A DNA stretch of 59,329 nt, filler included, from 7 parts of 7 records of this genome joined end to end with filler, not necessarily neighbours in it; one strand, 5' to 3'; positions 19,401 to 30,923 are shown, counted from the first letter of the whole stretch. Numbers and translations: made by a program. Notes: generated by a model not told the origin, from the sequence alone.

Positions 19401-22400
19401 CCAACAGCATGCATACCTGTGAGCCTTGCCCCGGAATGAAGCGGTCCGCAAACACAACGTCCAGCAAGCGAAGCGCGGTCATTGACGGTAGTGACAAAAT
19501 GTACAACGACATTAACGGCAACGTCGCAAGAGCTTCCACCGATACACAGAGCTTTTGCATGTGATCACCAATGATAGGAAACACTTCTTCGATGCAGCGC
19601 TCAATAACTCGACAATCAGTAACGACGCCCTGCATTCAGGTCGGGAGGAGGAGCATGTGAAACAGTGTACATTTCATCAACCAATACGAGAGCAACGTGC
19701 ATGTACGACAAACCTGCATGGTGGTGACATAGTAGCCTGGTACAATCGATTCCGCAAGAGCGACAAGCAACCAAAAGGCTTCTTCTTCCGAGCATCCGAG
19801 CGCGGCTAAGAGAAACCCGACCACGAAATTCAGGCTCTGGCAGTATCCGAGCACAGGGTTTCGGATGGCGTATGCATGCAACACATTGCGCAACGCGGCG
19901 CGACCTTGCGCGGAAGACAGTGCGGTCTGAAAGCCAAAGAATCGACATCAAACGCGTTTATCGCCACATTCGTAGACATGCATGTTTCGCTGCATGATCT
20001 TTGAATTGCACCCACACTCACCTTCGTGTCAGGGAAAGTTCGTGGAAGGTCAATTGAAATTTGATGACGAAGGGCCAGCGGCAACTCGATGTCCGCTCGT
20101 GCCACCAAATGATTGTAATATCTGTGGACAAACATTGAGATGTCAGCTCCTCAATTTGCCGTGCACGCTCCATCAACGAACACAGTAAAGAGCTTACGCC
20201 AGTCCTGCTTGCTCAGTGTCAGCTGCAGTCCAACTTTTTATTGGATTTTCGCCGTTTGCAGCAAGACCATCTGCTGCTCGCGCAGCGCGGGCAATGGAAG
20301 CAATGACTTCATCCCTCGTCAGCTGCATCACGCGAAGGTACACCCCTGAACAGAAGGAAGCACAGTCGCACAGTTCAACATCGTCACGTTCGGAACGGGC
20401 AACACTGCGTTGTGCAAAATTATACGAGTGCAAACGCCATCCAATGTCGTGGTGCACCTTTTCTCATTTGATGCGGAATCCCATTCCAAAATAGTTCGGG
20501 GTCAAGACAACTTGACTCTGGTCCCTGTGGCGCGCACGGTAAGGCAGCTGCGTCTCGCCGAATTTGCAATGCGCGTGTTATTGCCGCGAATCCACCAGCA
20601 GCCCACCATTTTTCAAGTTGCCGGGCTTCATCGCAGTCCTCCACGGATCTTGCGATTGCCCACTGGCCACGCAATTCTGGATCGAGACGAAAACCGCACC
20701 TTTGCAGCAACAGCGCACGCGTGGAATTGCTACTGAGTGAACAAAAAAAGGACCACGTCTTCAATGACTCACTGGTCAGACTTTTCGAACTCGTACCGGT
20801 CCCATTGCTGCCAGTCCACAGCCTCCCCTAGGCGGTGCACCAAACTCCACACTGCTGAAGAACTGGTCCCTGGCTGCTCGACGCTTGTTTGCCGTGCGGC
20901 ACGCGCCGATGGAGATTGCTGCTGTACCTCCTGGTGCGTGGGCAAGGACAGGCCTGGTTTCTTAAATATCGCTTCGGCCGGAATCGAGGGTGCTGAAAAC
21001 ATGCTTTCGACAGCAGTTCGCAAAGCTGCACACTCCCCTTGCGATGCGCTCACGCACTGGAAGTTTCGGCTCACTTCTCCTTTGGGCGCTGTGACAGAAA
21101 CACCACACCACACAAAAAGCTGAGGTTCGCATGAGCACAGCATAAAAAGGTGGGAGTGCGATCGGCAAACATGCGGCATGTGCACATCCAAATGCAATCG
21201 TCGTTGCACGAAACGAACCCTTTTGCGATCGAATTGTTGCCCGTGATGCAGCTGTGTCACGACTACGCCCACTTGATGACTTGCTTCGGTGAGAAGCTAT
21301 GCTTGCTGAAAGGCTTGAGTCTGTGTGAGTTCGGCGAATCGCGTTTGGTGTTCGAGGTTCAACATCCAATGTGCTGCTGTCATTTTCGCGGAATGACTCC
21401 AGAACGCTGTTTGTAAGCTAGACCATCCAAACCAAACCCGACATGCAACGTCGTCAACAAGGCAATAGTACCCGCAGAGGTGAGGCCAGCTCGTTCGAAT
21501 CACACTGCGTACCTTGCTCGATTTGGTTGGTGTCGTTGCAGATACGGATCTGCGTGGCACCTGGCGAGCAAATTCAGCGTCGGCAAGCGCTCGAGTTGAT
21601 GAGAAAATGTCCTGATCTGGGAAAAGCTCAGCCCCATCGCCCTCTGGAGGCTGTGACTTGACAGAAGGGGGGCCTTCAGCAACACTATATCGAGGTGAAG
21701 GGATGAAAATTGACTGGATGTGACACCGCCCTCTAGCTGCCGAGCTGCTCTTCAAATTGTACCTGGACCAACGGATTACATACGACGTGCGCCGTTACAC
21801 ATAATGCCTCAACGGTCGCATTCGGCAGTCAATCCACGCAAGAGTCATGACACACCAGCGATTCTTAGCCACCACGAGCCGGCGGCGACCCGACGTGTCT
21901 GTGAGCGTGTCTTCGACATCATCCGCAGTGATCTCCGCAACGCTTGGGTCGTCTTGACTGTGCCGTTTTTGCGTCTGCAGGTACTCATTCAAGAGATTCC
22001 GATCTCCGGTCAAAGCAGCAAATTTGTCCGTGTCGATGCACAGCAATTGCGTGTAGTCGTCAGCGTCTGGGTCGACGAAGTCGCGCAAGGGAATACTGCA
22101 GCTCCCAAGAAACTCATCAGCCTGAAGAAAGTCTCTGTCAAACCACGAAAATCTCAGGGTGGCCTCGTCGCAAATTTGCGGGCCGTCCTGCATCCCGTCT
22201 AAGGTTTGATGCTCGCTGGAGTTTACAAAATCAGCGCGGGACGACCCGGCCCGTGAACCAGAATCAGGGGCATCCGTCAGTCCACTACCCTGGGCTTCTT
22301 TGCTCCTGTCTGTCATTCCACGAAACGAATTTCGAACTCGCGTGGACAATCTCGAAAGCCCAGACAAGCCCTTAAGTGACGCACCATTCTGCAAATTTTC

Positions 22401-23695
22401 GCTCGACGGACTGTTCTCATTCCCACCGCGAGGCTTGTCGCGACCTGTTAGAGATCGATCTAAAAAGCTCATAATATCTTCAGTCAGATGCAGTGTGTGC
22501 GTGAAATTGTCATACACTGGGCTAAGCGTTTGCCGCAGTGCCTTTGTTTGCGCTAGCTTCAACCGCGTGCGTCGACCGCCGCCTGGAAATCTGTCGACGT
22601 ACAGATCATGTGACAATACAGTTGGGTCTTCCACATGGTCCCCAGCACTGACGGCACCGGTATGCTCTCCGAATGCATCAGACCCAATACCATCGTCTTC
22701 AATCTTTTGGACCGAATCACGTCCTAAAACCACAAACCACACACCGCGTTCACTTAACGAGAACAAAACAAACAGAGTTCACTTGCCGGATGGACACGCC
22801 CACCATTTATATTTCGGAGCAACAATCGCCTACCTCCTGACGATATTTTTCGCCAAAGGTCGCCTGCCATTTTGCCAATGGAGACCCTGCGACCCTTCCG
22901 AACGCTTCCACGCATCGAGTCTCCACTTGCATCAGAGCCTACGCTATTATTCGAGGACCTTCGTTGCGACCCATTCGGGGTTGAGCGACGGCTGGTGCCT
23001 GATCGAACGGGCACTCGGGCGTTGGGCGCTGTCGCCGGGACCTCGAGCGACAAAATACAGTAAGGGTCGCTCGAGCCACTCGGGTCCAGCGCGGCAAGTT
23101 CTTGGGCCTGCACAATTCGTACAATCAAGCGACCTTTCATGAGGCTTCGTGTGGTACTACTTGTATTGCTTTGAGAGGAGCTGCTGCGGGTTCCTGCGTC
23201 AGTTGCCGATGCACCACCAGCACCACTGCTGCTATCGGTCGGCAAGGTACGACCGCCCGCTGGCCGTGAATGCCCGTCAATGAGAAGGTTCTGCAGCGAC
23301 GAGTCCGCGCCCGAAGACTGCGCAGCATTGAACAACACGCGCGAGCGAGCGTGCAGAAACGCCGACAGGTGCTGCTTCAATTCGTTAAACACCGGGACCG
23401 GCCACAGTTTACCCGCGAGCTTCTCTTTCACCTCACGGTAGGTGACGTCTTCAATGCCGACAGCTTTGGACAAGTGCGCAAGCAGGCCGGTCGACGTCTT
23501 CGTCCTCGCCGACGCTGCTTGCAAATCGTGAATTGAGTCGACCAGCGCCTCCAGGTCGTGGACGTGCTTGGAAGTCAGCTGTTGTGTGTCGCCCAGCGAT
23601 GATTTTGCGACGGTGATGACGTTCTCGAACGTGCAGGGGATGTGCGGCATCGTCACGATGGAGATCGCCTCAGCATACGACATAGAGTCCGACAT
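16499..23695 (-). CDS. Eukaryotic multi-exon gene: split C2 domain + TBC/Rab-GAP + EF-hands + C-terminal coiled coil (span includes introns)
   Basis: Frame-preserving GT-AG introns checked by hand (22724-22782, 21763-21855, 16899-16977). C2 motifs LDPSGSSDPYC and FDRDFLQADEFLG. TBC fingers ISIDLPRTFP and GYCQSLNF, plus EEEAFWLL. EF loops DLDGVGSISVEQF and NRSGSGGLSIGD. Confidence 0.8.
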
Positions 23696-23885
23696 TGCTG
23701 CGGGTGTTTTTGAGACGGCACGCTGCGTCTCAACCTAAGACGTCAATGGCACACGAAGCATGGGGCCACCGGTCGGCTGCTGGCTTGAGAGAGCCAGCAC
23801 CGCCAGCATGCATTCAAGTGTCTTAGCGACCAATGTTTTTAGAGGAAAACGAGGGTTCAGGCAACAAAAATAATCATAAAAAAAT

Positions 23886-23985
23886 NNNNNNNNNNNNNNN
23901 NNNNNNNNNNNNNNNNNNNNNNNNNNNNNTTAATTAATTAANNNNNNNNNNNNNNNNNNNNNNNNNNNNNNNNNNNNNNNNNNNN
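23886..23985. other. Artificial contig spacer
   Basis: 44 N + TTAATTAATTAA + 44 N. Confidence 0.98.
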
Positions 23986-23986
23986 T

Positions 23987-24118
23987 CACCAGATGCTCTG
24001 GTACGAATACGAGAAGATCATGGAGCAGTTTCCCCAGAGCTTTGCCATGCAGCAGATTGCCGATCCTGGAGACATTTACCCGGTCTTCCGACAGTTGTTC
24101 GAGAGGAAAGCGGCATGA
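23987..24118 (+). CDS. yeaH: YeaH/YhbH family protein, C-terminal fragment
   Basis: HQMLWYEYE...[24 protein letters not shown] overlap with spoVR. Confidence 0.85.
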   Translation, partial: HQMLWYEYEKIMEQFPQSFAMQQIADPGDIYPVFRQLFERKAA

Positions 24119-25674
24119 GCAGCCTGATTGATCGCCCGAACGCACCGGAGAGCGAACAACCCAAGGCAGGTACGCCCATTTCCACCAGTTCGGAATGGAC
24201 CTTCGAACTGATCCAGAAATACGACGAGGAAATTGCCAAATGCGCCGCCGAGTTCGGACTGGACACTTACCCGAACCAGGTTGAAGTGATTACCGCCGAG
24301 CAGATGATGGATGCCTACAGCTCCGTCGGCATGCCAGTGGGCTATCATCACTGGTCCTTCGGCAAGCAGTTTCTGCAAACCTCCAAGGGCTATCAGCGGG
24401 GCCAGATGGGGCTGGCCTATGAGATTGTGATCAATTCCAATCCCTGTATCGCCTACCTGATGGAAGAGAACACCCTGCCCATGCAGGCCCTGGTGATTGC
24501 CCACGCCAGCTATGGCCACAACTCGTTCTTCAAGGGCAATTATCTGTTCCGTACCTGGACAGACGCCAGTGCCATCATCGATTACCTGGTGTTTGCCCGG
24601 CATTATGTGTCGGAGTGCGAGGAGCGACACGGCGTGGATGCCGTGGAAGAGATTCTCGACTCCTGCCACGCACTGATGAACTACGGTGTAGACCGCTACA
24701 AGCGCCCTGCCCCGATTTCGGCCGCCGAGGAGGCCCGCCGGCAAAAGGAGCGGGAGGAATACGAGCAACGCCGCATCAACGATCTGTGGCGAACCATCCC
24801 CAAAGCAGAGGACGACGGGGACCCGGTTCGCCGCAGGCCCCGATACCCGGAGGAGCCTCAGGAAAACCTGTTGTACTTCATCGAGAAAAACGCGCCGTTG
24901 CTCGAAACCTGGCAGCGGGAACTGGTACGCATCGTGCGCAAGCTGGCCCAGTATTTCTATCCACAGCGCCAGACCCAGGTGATGAACGAGGGCTGGGCCA
25001 CGTTCTGGCACTACACGTTGTTGCACCGGTTGTACGACAAGGGGCTGGTGAACGATGGCTTCATGCTGGAGTTCCTGCAAAGCCACTCCGCCGTGGTATA
25101 CCAGCCCCCGTTCAACAGCCCATGGTATTCCGGCCTGAACCCCTACACCCTGGGTTTCTCCATCTTCACCGACCTTAGACGTATCTGTGAAAACCCTACC
25201 GATGAGGACCGGGAATGGTTCCCGGACATCGCCGGTACAGACTGGCTGGAAACCCTGCATTTCGCCATGCACAACTTCAAGGACGAGAGCTTTATCCAGC
25301 AGTTTCTCTCACCGAAGGTGATGCGTGACCTGAAGCTGTTCGCCATCGAAAGCGACGATCGGGAAGACCACTACACCGTCACCGCCATTCACGATGAGCC
25401 CGGTTATCGTGCGCTGCGGGAAAAGCTGGCGCGCCAATACAACCTCAGTTACCGGGAGCCGAACATTCAGGTATGGAGTGTGGATATTCGCGGTGATCGT
25501 TCGTTAACCCTGCGACACATCCCGGTAGACCGGGTGCCGCTGGGCAACGAAACGGATGAAGTGCTGAGGCACGTACATCGGCTCTGGGGCTTTGATGTAC
25601 ACCTGGAAAGCGTGGATGAAGGCACGCTGGTGGAGGAGCATCACTGCCCGCCGCGGGCCTTGGACGATGAGTGA
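24115..25674 (+). CDS. spoVR: SpoVR family protein (YcgB)
   Basis: [38 protein letters not shown]. Confidence 0.96.
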   Translation: MSSLIDRPNAPESEQPKAGTPISTSSEWTFELIQKYDEEIAKCAAEFGLDTYPNQVEVITAEQMMDAYSSVGMPVGYHHWSFGKQFLQTSKGYQRGQMGLAYEIVINSNPCIAYLMEENTLPMQALVIAHASYGHNSFFKGNYLFRTWTDASAIIDYLVFARHYVSECEERHGVDAVEEILDSCHALMNYGVDRYKRPAPISAAEEARRQKEREEYEQRRINDLWRTIPKAEDDGDPVRRRPRYPEEPQENLLYFIEKNAPLLETWQRELVRIVRKLAQYFYPQRQTQVMNEGWATFWHYTLLHRLYDKGLVNDGFMLEFLQSHSAVVYQPPFNSPWYSGLNPYTLGFSIFTDLRRICENPTDEDREWFPDIAGTDWLETLHFAMHNFKDESFIQQFLSPKVMRDLKLFAIESDDREDHYTVTAIHDEPGYRALREKLARQYNLSYREPNIQVWSVDIRGDRSLTLRHIPVDRVPLGNETDEVLRHVHRLWGFDVHLESVDEGTLVEEHHCPPRALDDE

Positions 25675-27002
25675 GATGGAAAGCGTACACTGGCCTGTAA
25701 CCCTCCGAGGGGAGATCGGGCCAGGGTCAGCGTGCCGCCATACAGTTCAGCCAGCTCTTTGACGATCGCCAGGCCCAGACCGGAACCGGACCGGGTTTCA
25801 TCCAGCCGGGTGCCCCGTGTCAGAGCCTGCTCGATATCGGCGTCAGACAGGCCCGGGCCGTCATCTTCCACCATCAGCGCCAGACCATCCGGCAAGCCTT
25901 CTACCCGAAACTTTACCTGACTTTCCGCCCAGTTGATGGCATTTTCCAGCAAATTGCCTGCAATTTCCTGAAGATCCTGCTGTTCGAACCGAACCGCGCC
26001 CGTATCGCCCAGGTCGCTTTCGAGGGTAACGCCACGGCGTTGCGCGAGAGTATTGAGTGCCGACAGCACCGGCGCCAGGGTTTCACCAAGATCCACACGC
26101 CCCAGGGCGGCCGGTCCGGCCGCTGAAGCCCTGGCCAGATGATGGCGCACGGCGTCATCGATGCGGCTCAGTTCGGTACGGAAAGCGGTTCTCTGCACCG
26201 ACGGCAAACGATCACTCAGGGTGGTAAGCACAGATACCGGCGTTTTCAGGGCATGGGCCAGATTGCCCGCAGCCGAGCGCCCCCGCTCAATCAGTATCTG
26301 ATCCCGCTCAAGCACCTGATTCATGGCCTCGGAGAGCCGCGCGAGTTCTTCGGGCAGATCACTGGTCAGTGAACGGGTCTGGCCGGACTCCATAGCCCGG
26401 AGATCCCGCTCCAGACGCCGAAGCGGTGCAAGGCCCCAGCGGATCTGCAACCCGATCATCACCAGTAACAGCGTACCGAGCGTGGTCAGCGAAACCACCA
26501 GCAATCGGTTGAAGCGCGCAACCTGGGCATCCAGCTCCGCCTGGTCGGCGGCGACAGACACCGATAACCAGCCTTCGAAAGCCGGTAACTGGACATCCCG
26601 CTCCACTATCCGAAGTGTCTGGCCGCGCGGCCCCGGGGCCTGGGCCCAGTCCGGCCCCCGGCCACTGATCTGTGGCAGTCGCTGGTCCCACAATGACCGG
26701 GAGGTGATCACCCGCCCGCTGTTGTCGTTGACCTGCCAGTACCAGCCGGAATACACCCGCTCGAAGCGCGGATCGCCCAGTTGCGGGCCAGGGGTCAATT
26801 CACCGGTCTGAGGGTCAGACTCAATGCCGGCAATGACCACATTCAGGAACGATAACAGGCGCTCATCAAAGGACTGGCTCAGGGTCTGGCGAAAGTTCCA
26901 GGCCAACACGGTACCGGCCAGCGGCAACACCACCAGGACCAATACCAGGGCAGACACCAGCATCCGCAGCGCCACCGGCCAGCGGCGCAGACGTGTCAGC
27001 AT
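25641..27002 (-). CDS. Sensor histidine kinase (PhoQ/BqsS-like)
   Basis: Two TM segments, H-box LAHALKTP, N-box NLLENA, DDGPG, GSGLGL; 3' end overlaps spoVR by 34 nt. Confidence 0.93.
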   Translation of the reverse strand: MLTRLRRWPVALRMLVSALVLVLVVLPLAGTVLAWNFRQTLSQSFDERLLSFLNVVIAGIESDPQTGELTPGPQLGDPRFERVYSGWYWQVNDNSGRVITSRSLWDQRLPQISGRGPDWAQAPGPRGQTLRIVERDVQLPAFEGWLSVSVAADQAELDAQVARFNRLLVVSLTTLGTLLLVMIGLQIRWGLAPLRRLERDLRAMESGQTRSLTSDLPEELARLSEAMNQVLERDQILIERGRSAAGNLAHALKTPVSVLTTLSDRLPSVQRTAFRTELSRIDDAVRHHLARASAAGPAALGRVDLGETLAPVLSALNTLAQRRGVTLESDLGDTGAVRFEQQDLQEIAGNLLENAINWAESQVKFRVEGLPDGLALMVEDDGPGLSDADIEQALTRGTRLDETRSGSGLGLAIVKELAELYGGTLTLARSPLGGLQASVRFPSHSSSKARGGQ

Positions 27003-27673
27003 CAGGATGGTTCTCCGTGGCCGTTCATGCGATAGCCCTGGCCACGGATGGTCTCGATAGCCTGGGCGCCGAGTTTGCGCCGCAACCGGCTGACCTGGAC
27101 ATCGATAACATTGGAATCCGGCTCCTGGTCGCCGTCATAGACATGTTCGGACAACTCGGTGCGGGACACGATTCTGGGCGCGGCGTGAACCAAATGCGAT
27201 AGCAGCCTGAACTCCTGGGCCGTGAGTGAAACCGGCATACCAGAGCGGGTGACCTGCCCGGCGTGGGTATCCAGAGCAATGTCACCCACGGTAATCACCG
27301 GGTGGGCGTGGCCGTGGGACCGGCGCACCAGGGCCCGTAGGCGGAACAGGATTTCTGCCGTTTCAAAGGGCTTGGTGACATAGTCATCGGCACCGGCAGA
27401 GAACCCCGCAGCTTTATCGGACCAGCGCTCCCGGGCAGTCAGAATCAGCACCGGCAGATCAATACCCCGCTCCCGCCAACCGGCCAGCCACTGGGTGCCA
27501 TTGCCATCCGGCAAGCCCAGGTCCAGTACCACCGCATCGTATCGTTCGGTGCTCACCAGAAAGTCGGCCGTGCGGCCTTCCCCGGCAACTTCCACCAGCA
27601 GCCCGGCATCCCGCAAGCTACCGGCCAGCCCTTGTGCCAGCGCAGCATCGTCCTCCACCAGAAGAATCTTCAT
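27002..27673 (-). CDS. OmpR/PhoP-family response regulator
   Basis: LLVEDD, LDLGLPD, GADDYVTKPF, winged helix ETIRGQGY. Confidence 0.95.
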   Translation of the reverse strand: MKILLVEDDAALAQGLAGSLRDAGLLVEVAGEGRTADFLVSTERYDAVVLDLGLPDGNGTQWLAGWRERGIDLPVLILTARERWSDKAAGFSAGADDYVTKPFETAEILFRLRALVRRSHGHAHPVITVGDIALDTHAGQVTRSGMPVSLTAQEFRLLSHLVHAAPRIVSRTELSEHVYDGDQEPDSNVIDVQVSRLRRKLGAQAIETIRGQGYRMNGHGEPS

Positions 27674-28059
27674 CAGCGTTTCATGCCCTGGATATTCCTG
27701 CCCTCTATTTCCAGAACCTCTCCAGTCCGGGCATTGATCTCAAACTCCACCACCTGGCCTTCCGGGCCCAACAACTCGATCTCGTAGAGGATCTCACCAT
27801 CGTCTTTCTCGATATCCACATCGATCACGTCTCCGCGCCAGTCGCGGGCAAGGCTGTCCAGGATTTCGCTCAGGGGTTTGATACGGCCGGCCTCAACCTC
27901 GTGGTGCAGGCGCCGCCAGTCGTCGTCATCATCGGCACAGGCCACCTGGGCAAACGGCAGAGCGCCCACCGCAAACAGAGTCAGCAACAACACCCGGAAC
28001 ACCCGGCGTGAAAACCGGTCTGCGGGTAGCAGCGATGAATGTAAACGAGGTCTGGTCAT
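27673..28059 (-). CDS. PepSY-domain protein
   Basis: Signal-like N-terminus, GRIKPLSEIL, YEIELL, INARTGEVL; coupled to the response regulator. Confidence 0.85.
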   Translation of the reverse strand: MTRPRLHSSLLPADRFSRRVFRVLLLTLFAVGALPFAQVACADDDDDWRRLHHEVEAGRIKPLSEILDSLARDWRGDVIDVDIEKDDGEILYEIELLGPEGQVVEFEINARTGEVLEIEGRNIQGMKR

Positions 28060-28083
28060 GATGTTTATGGTGACAAAAGCCAG

Positions 28084-28100
28084 ATGAACGAATCATGAAT
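28084..28100. promoter_or_regulatory. Putative OmpR/PhoP-type tandem binding site
   Basis: ATGAAC-N5-ATGAAT direct repeat with an 11-bp period in the divergent intergenic region. Confidence 0.5.
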
Positions 28101-28208
28101 GAGCCTATCACGATGCTGAAAGCCCTGCCCCGTTAATCTGGGCTCAAGCTGGTAGCCAACCGGGCAGAACCGGCAGTTTTTCAAACACAGACAAGCTAGG
28201 AGAACACC

Positions 28209-28673
28209 ATGAAAAAGACTCTGACCATCGCGCTGATCAGCGGCCTTGTCGCAGCCCCCGCAGCCTTCGCCAAAGGCAGCTTTGACGATGCGGACCGCAT
28301 GCTTCAGGTTGGTAACAACTACGGTATCAGCCATTTCCAGAGCATCGAATTTGACGACGACCATGATAATGAAATCGAGCTCGAAGGCTGGATGGGCCAG
28401 GACTGGTTCGTGGAACTGGACCTGAACGGCAACGGCGAGATCGACCGGGAGCAACGCCGCAAAGCCAAAGGCGAGATCTACGGTGTGAGCGCGGACGACG
28501 TGCGCTCTTATCTGAAAGCCGCTCAGCAGCAGGGAATGGCCACGATCGAGGAACTAAAGGTCAATCGCAATGGCGATATTGAAGTGGAAGGCGATGATGA
28601 AAACGGTGCGGAACTGGAATTGAAGTTCCGGACCGGAAGCCTGGAGCCATTGAAGATCGAAAGGGACAAGTGA
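28209..28673 (+). CDS. Secreted acidic protein with two PepSY-like repeats
   Basis: Signal peptide; repeated (I)E(L/V)EG...ELxL motif; GGAGA RBS. Confidence 0.7.
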   Translation: MKKTLTIALISGLVAAPAAFAKGSFDDADRMLQVGNNYGISHFQSIEFDDDHDNEIELEGWMGQDWFVELDLNGNGEIDREQRRKAKGEIYGVSADDVRSYLKAAQQQGMATIEELKVNRNGDIEVEGDDENGAELELKFRTGSLEPLKIERDK

Positions 28674-28725
28674 GCAGGAGGCCGCCACCCGGTCAGGCAC
28701 AGTGCCTGACCGGGGGCAAATTCAA

Positions 28726-30084
28726 TCAGACGCTGACCGAGGGCAGCCCCGACAACGCCATAGCAAGCTCCTGCTCGCCGTACTCATGGTCGCTCAGTTC
28801 ACCGGCAAAATACGAGGTATAGGCCGCCATATCGAAATGCCCGTGACCACAAAGGTTGAACAGGATCACTTCCTCCTTGCCCTCGCGCTTGCACCGCAAC
28901 GCCTCGTCAATCGCACCCTTCACGGCATGATTGGCTTCAGGGGCCGGTACGATCCCTTCGTTGCGCGCAAACAGGACACCCGCCTCAAAGCACTCGCGCT
29001 GAGTGTAGGAAACAGCATCGAACAGTCCCAGCTCCTTGGCGTGCGACACCATCGGAGCCATGCCGTGATAGCGCAGGCCGCCAGCATGGAACCCCGGCGG
29101 TGTAAAACCCGAACCCAGGGTATGCATCTTGGTGAGTGGTGTCATTTGTGCCGTATCGCCGTAGTCATAGGCGTATTTACCTCGGGTCAACGTCGGACAC
29201 GCTGAGGGTTCAACCGCGACAATCCGGGACTTCTCCCCGCCTCTCAACGCATGGCCCATGAACGGGAAAGCAATACCCGCGAAATTAGAGCCGCCACCGG
29301 TGCACCCAACGATCACGTCTGGCCAGCAATCGGCCATCTCCATCTGTTTCATGGACTCCAGGCCGATTACGGTCTGATGCAACAGGACATGGTTCAGCAC
29401 GGAACCCAGAGCATACTTGGTGTGCGGATCCTGAACGGCCAGCTCCACCGCCTCGGAAATAGCAATACCAAGACTGCCGGTGTGGTCGGGGTTTTCCCCC
29501 AGCACTCGACGACCAAACTCTGTCATTTCTGATGGTGAAGCCACGCAGTTAGCCCCGTAGGTCTCCATCACCGCACGGCGATAGGGCTTCTGGTTGTAGG
29601 ACACGCGAACCTGGAACACGGTCACATCAATGTCGAACAGGGAGCCTGCAAACGACAGCGAGGTCCCCCACTGACCAGCACCAGTTTCTGTCGTCAGACG
29701 CCGAATACCGGCCTCCCGGTTGAAAAAGGCCTGCGGAATCGCGGAATTGGGCTTGTGACTGCCCGCAGGACTGCCACCCTCGTACTTGTAGAAGATCTTG
29801 GCCGGGGTGCCCAGGGCTTTTTCCAGCCGATGCGCCCGAAACATGGGCGCCGGCCGCCACATTCGATAAACATCGCGAACGGGCTCCGGAATCTCCACTT
29901 CCCGTTCCGTGGTCATTTCCTGTTCAATCAGCGACGCAGGAAACAATGGCTCCAGATCCGTTGGACCGACCGGCTGCTTTGTTCCCGGGTGGAGAACGGC
30001 AGGCAGGGGTTCGGGGAAATCCGCCTGCAGGTTGTACCAATACCTGGGCATCTGTTCTTCGTCGAGCAAGAACTTGGTTTGCAT
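28726..30084 (-). CDS. trpB2: TrpB2-type tryptophan synthase beta-like PLP enzyme
   Basis: GSHKPN (PLP lysine), TETGAGQWG, GCTGGGSNF, HAGGLRYHG; start MQTKFLL. Confidence 0.92.
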   Translation of the reverse strand: MQTKFLLDEEQMPRYWYNLQADFPEPLPAVLHPGTKQPVGPTDLEPLFPASLIEQEMTTEREVEIPEPVRDVYRMWRPAPMFRAHRLEKALGTPAKIFYKYEGGSPAGSHKPNSAIPQAFFNREAGIRRLTTETGAGQWGTSLSFAGSLFDIDVTVFQVRVSYNQKPYRRAVMETYGANCVASPSEMTEFGRRVLGENPDHTGSLGIAISEAVELAVQDPHTKYALGSVLNHVLLHQTVIGLESMKQMEMADCWPDVIVGCTGGGSNFAGIAFPFMGHALRGGEKSRIVAVEPSACPTLTRGKYAYDYGDTAQMTPLTKMHTLGSGFTPPGFHAGGLRYHGMAPMVSHAKELGLFDAVSYTQRECFEAGVLFARNEGIVPAPEANHAVKGAIDEALRCKREGKEEVILFNLCGHGHFDMAAYTSYFAGELSDHEYGEQELAMALSGLPSVSV

Positions 30085-30185
30085 GGTGTCAAGACCCTGA
30101 TGTTGTGCCAATGATTGGCTGAGCATAGCCATTCCGGACAGACATAAAAAGAGTGTACAGCGGCGCCCCGGAAAGAACTGCGCGT

Positions 30186-30923
30186 TTACATGGGCAACCA
30201 GTTTTCCAGCATGTCCACCAGCCAGGGCACGAGCAGCGCCGTGGCGAATGCCGAAAGTGCCATGGCCAGGCCTGAAAACGCGCCCATCTGGGAACTGACC
30301 TGGAATGCCCGGGCGGTACCAATACCATGGGCCGCCACGCCCATGGCAATCCCTTTTGCGGTGTCATCTTTCACGCGCAACCATTCAAACAGTTTGGTGC
30401 CCAGCACCGCACCGGTAATTCCGGTCAATACCACCAGCACTGCCGTGAGCGACGGCAAACCACCAATCTTCTCGGAAATACCCATGGCCACCGGTGCCGT
30501 TGCCGATTTAGGCGCCAGCGACATCTGGATTTCCAGGGAGCCCCCCAACAACCTTGCCAGGCCCACCGAACTGCCAGCAGCAATAACCACCCCACTGATC
30601 AACGATATCGCGACCGGCAACCAGAGTTGACGGAGCCGGCGAAACTGCTGATACAGAGGAACCGCCAGTGCCACCGTTGCCGGACCCAGCAGAAAATGCA
30701 CGAACTGACCGCCCTCAAAGTAATCGCTGTATGAGGTGCCCGTTGCCAACAACAGGAGAATCAGCATCGCCACCGAAGTAACGACTGGATTGGCCAGCGG
30801 GTTGGAATGCGTTTTCAGATAGAGCCGGTAGGCCAGCCCGTAGGCCACCAGAGTAATGGTCAGCCCTAGCAGTGGCGACGCCGACAGGTAAACCCAGATG
30901 TCGCGCAAACCCGGCTCATTCAT
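30186..30923 (-). CDS. lrgB: LrgB family membrane protein
   Basis: LGPATVALAVPLY, PKSATAPVAM, HGIGTARA. Confidence 0.93.
   Translation of the reverse strand: MNEPGLRDIWVYLSASPLLGLTITLVAYGLAYRLYLKTHSNPLANPVVTSVAMLILLLLATGTSYSDYFEGGQFVHFLLGPATVALAVPLYQQFRRLRQLWLPVAISLISGVVIAAGSSVGLARLLGGSLEIQMSLAPKSATAPVAMGISEKIGGLPSLTAVLVVLTGITGAVLGTKLFEWLRVKDDTAKGIAMGVAAHGIGTARAFQVSSQMGAFSGLAMALSAFATALLVPWLVDMLENWLPM

Noticed and set aside
16120-23600. Many short ORFs in the eukaryotic contig as separate genes, or horizontal transfer into a bacterium
   Set aside because: The minus-strand ORFs are exons of one spliced gene and the rest are shadows; the contig is separated from bacterial DNA by spacers
24076-25272. 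398-aa minus-strand ORF, and the 391-aa ORF at 38938-40113
   Set aside because: Antisense to spoVR and dnaE2, with no recognisable motifs
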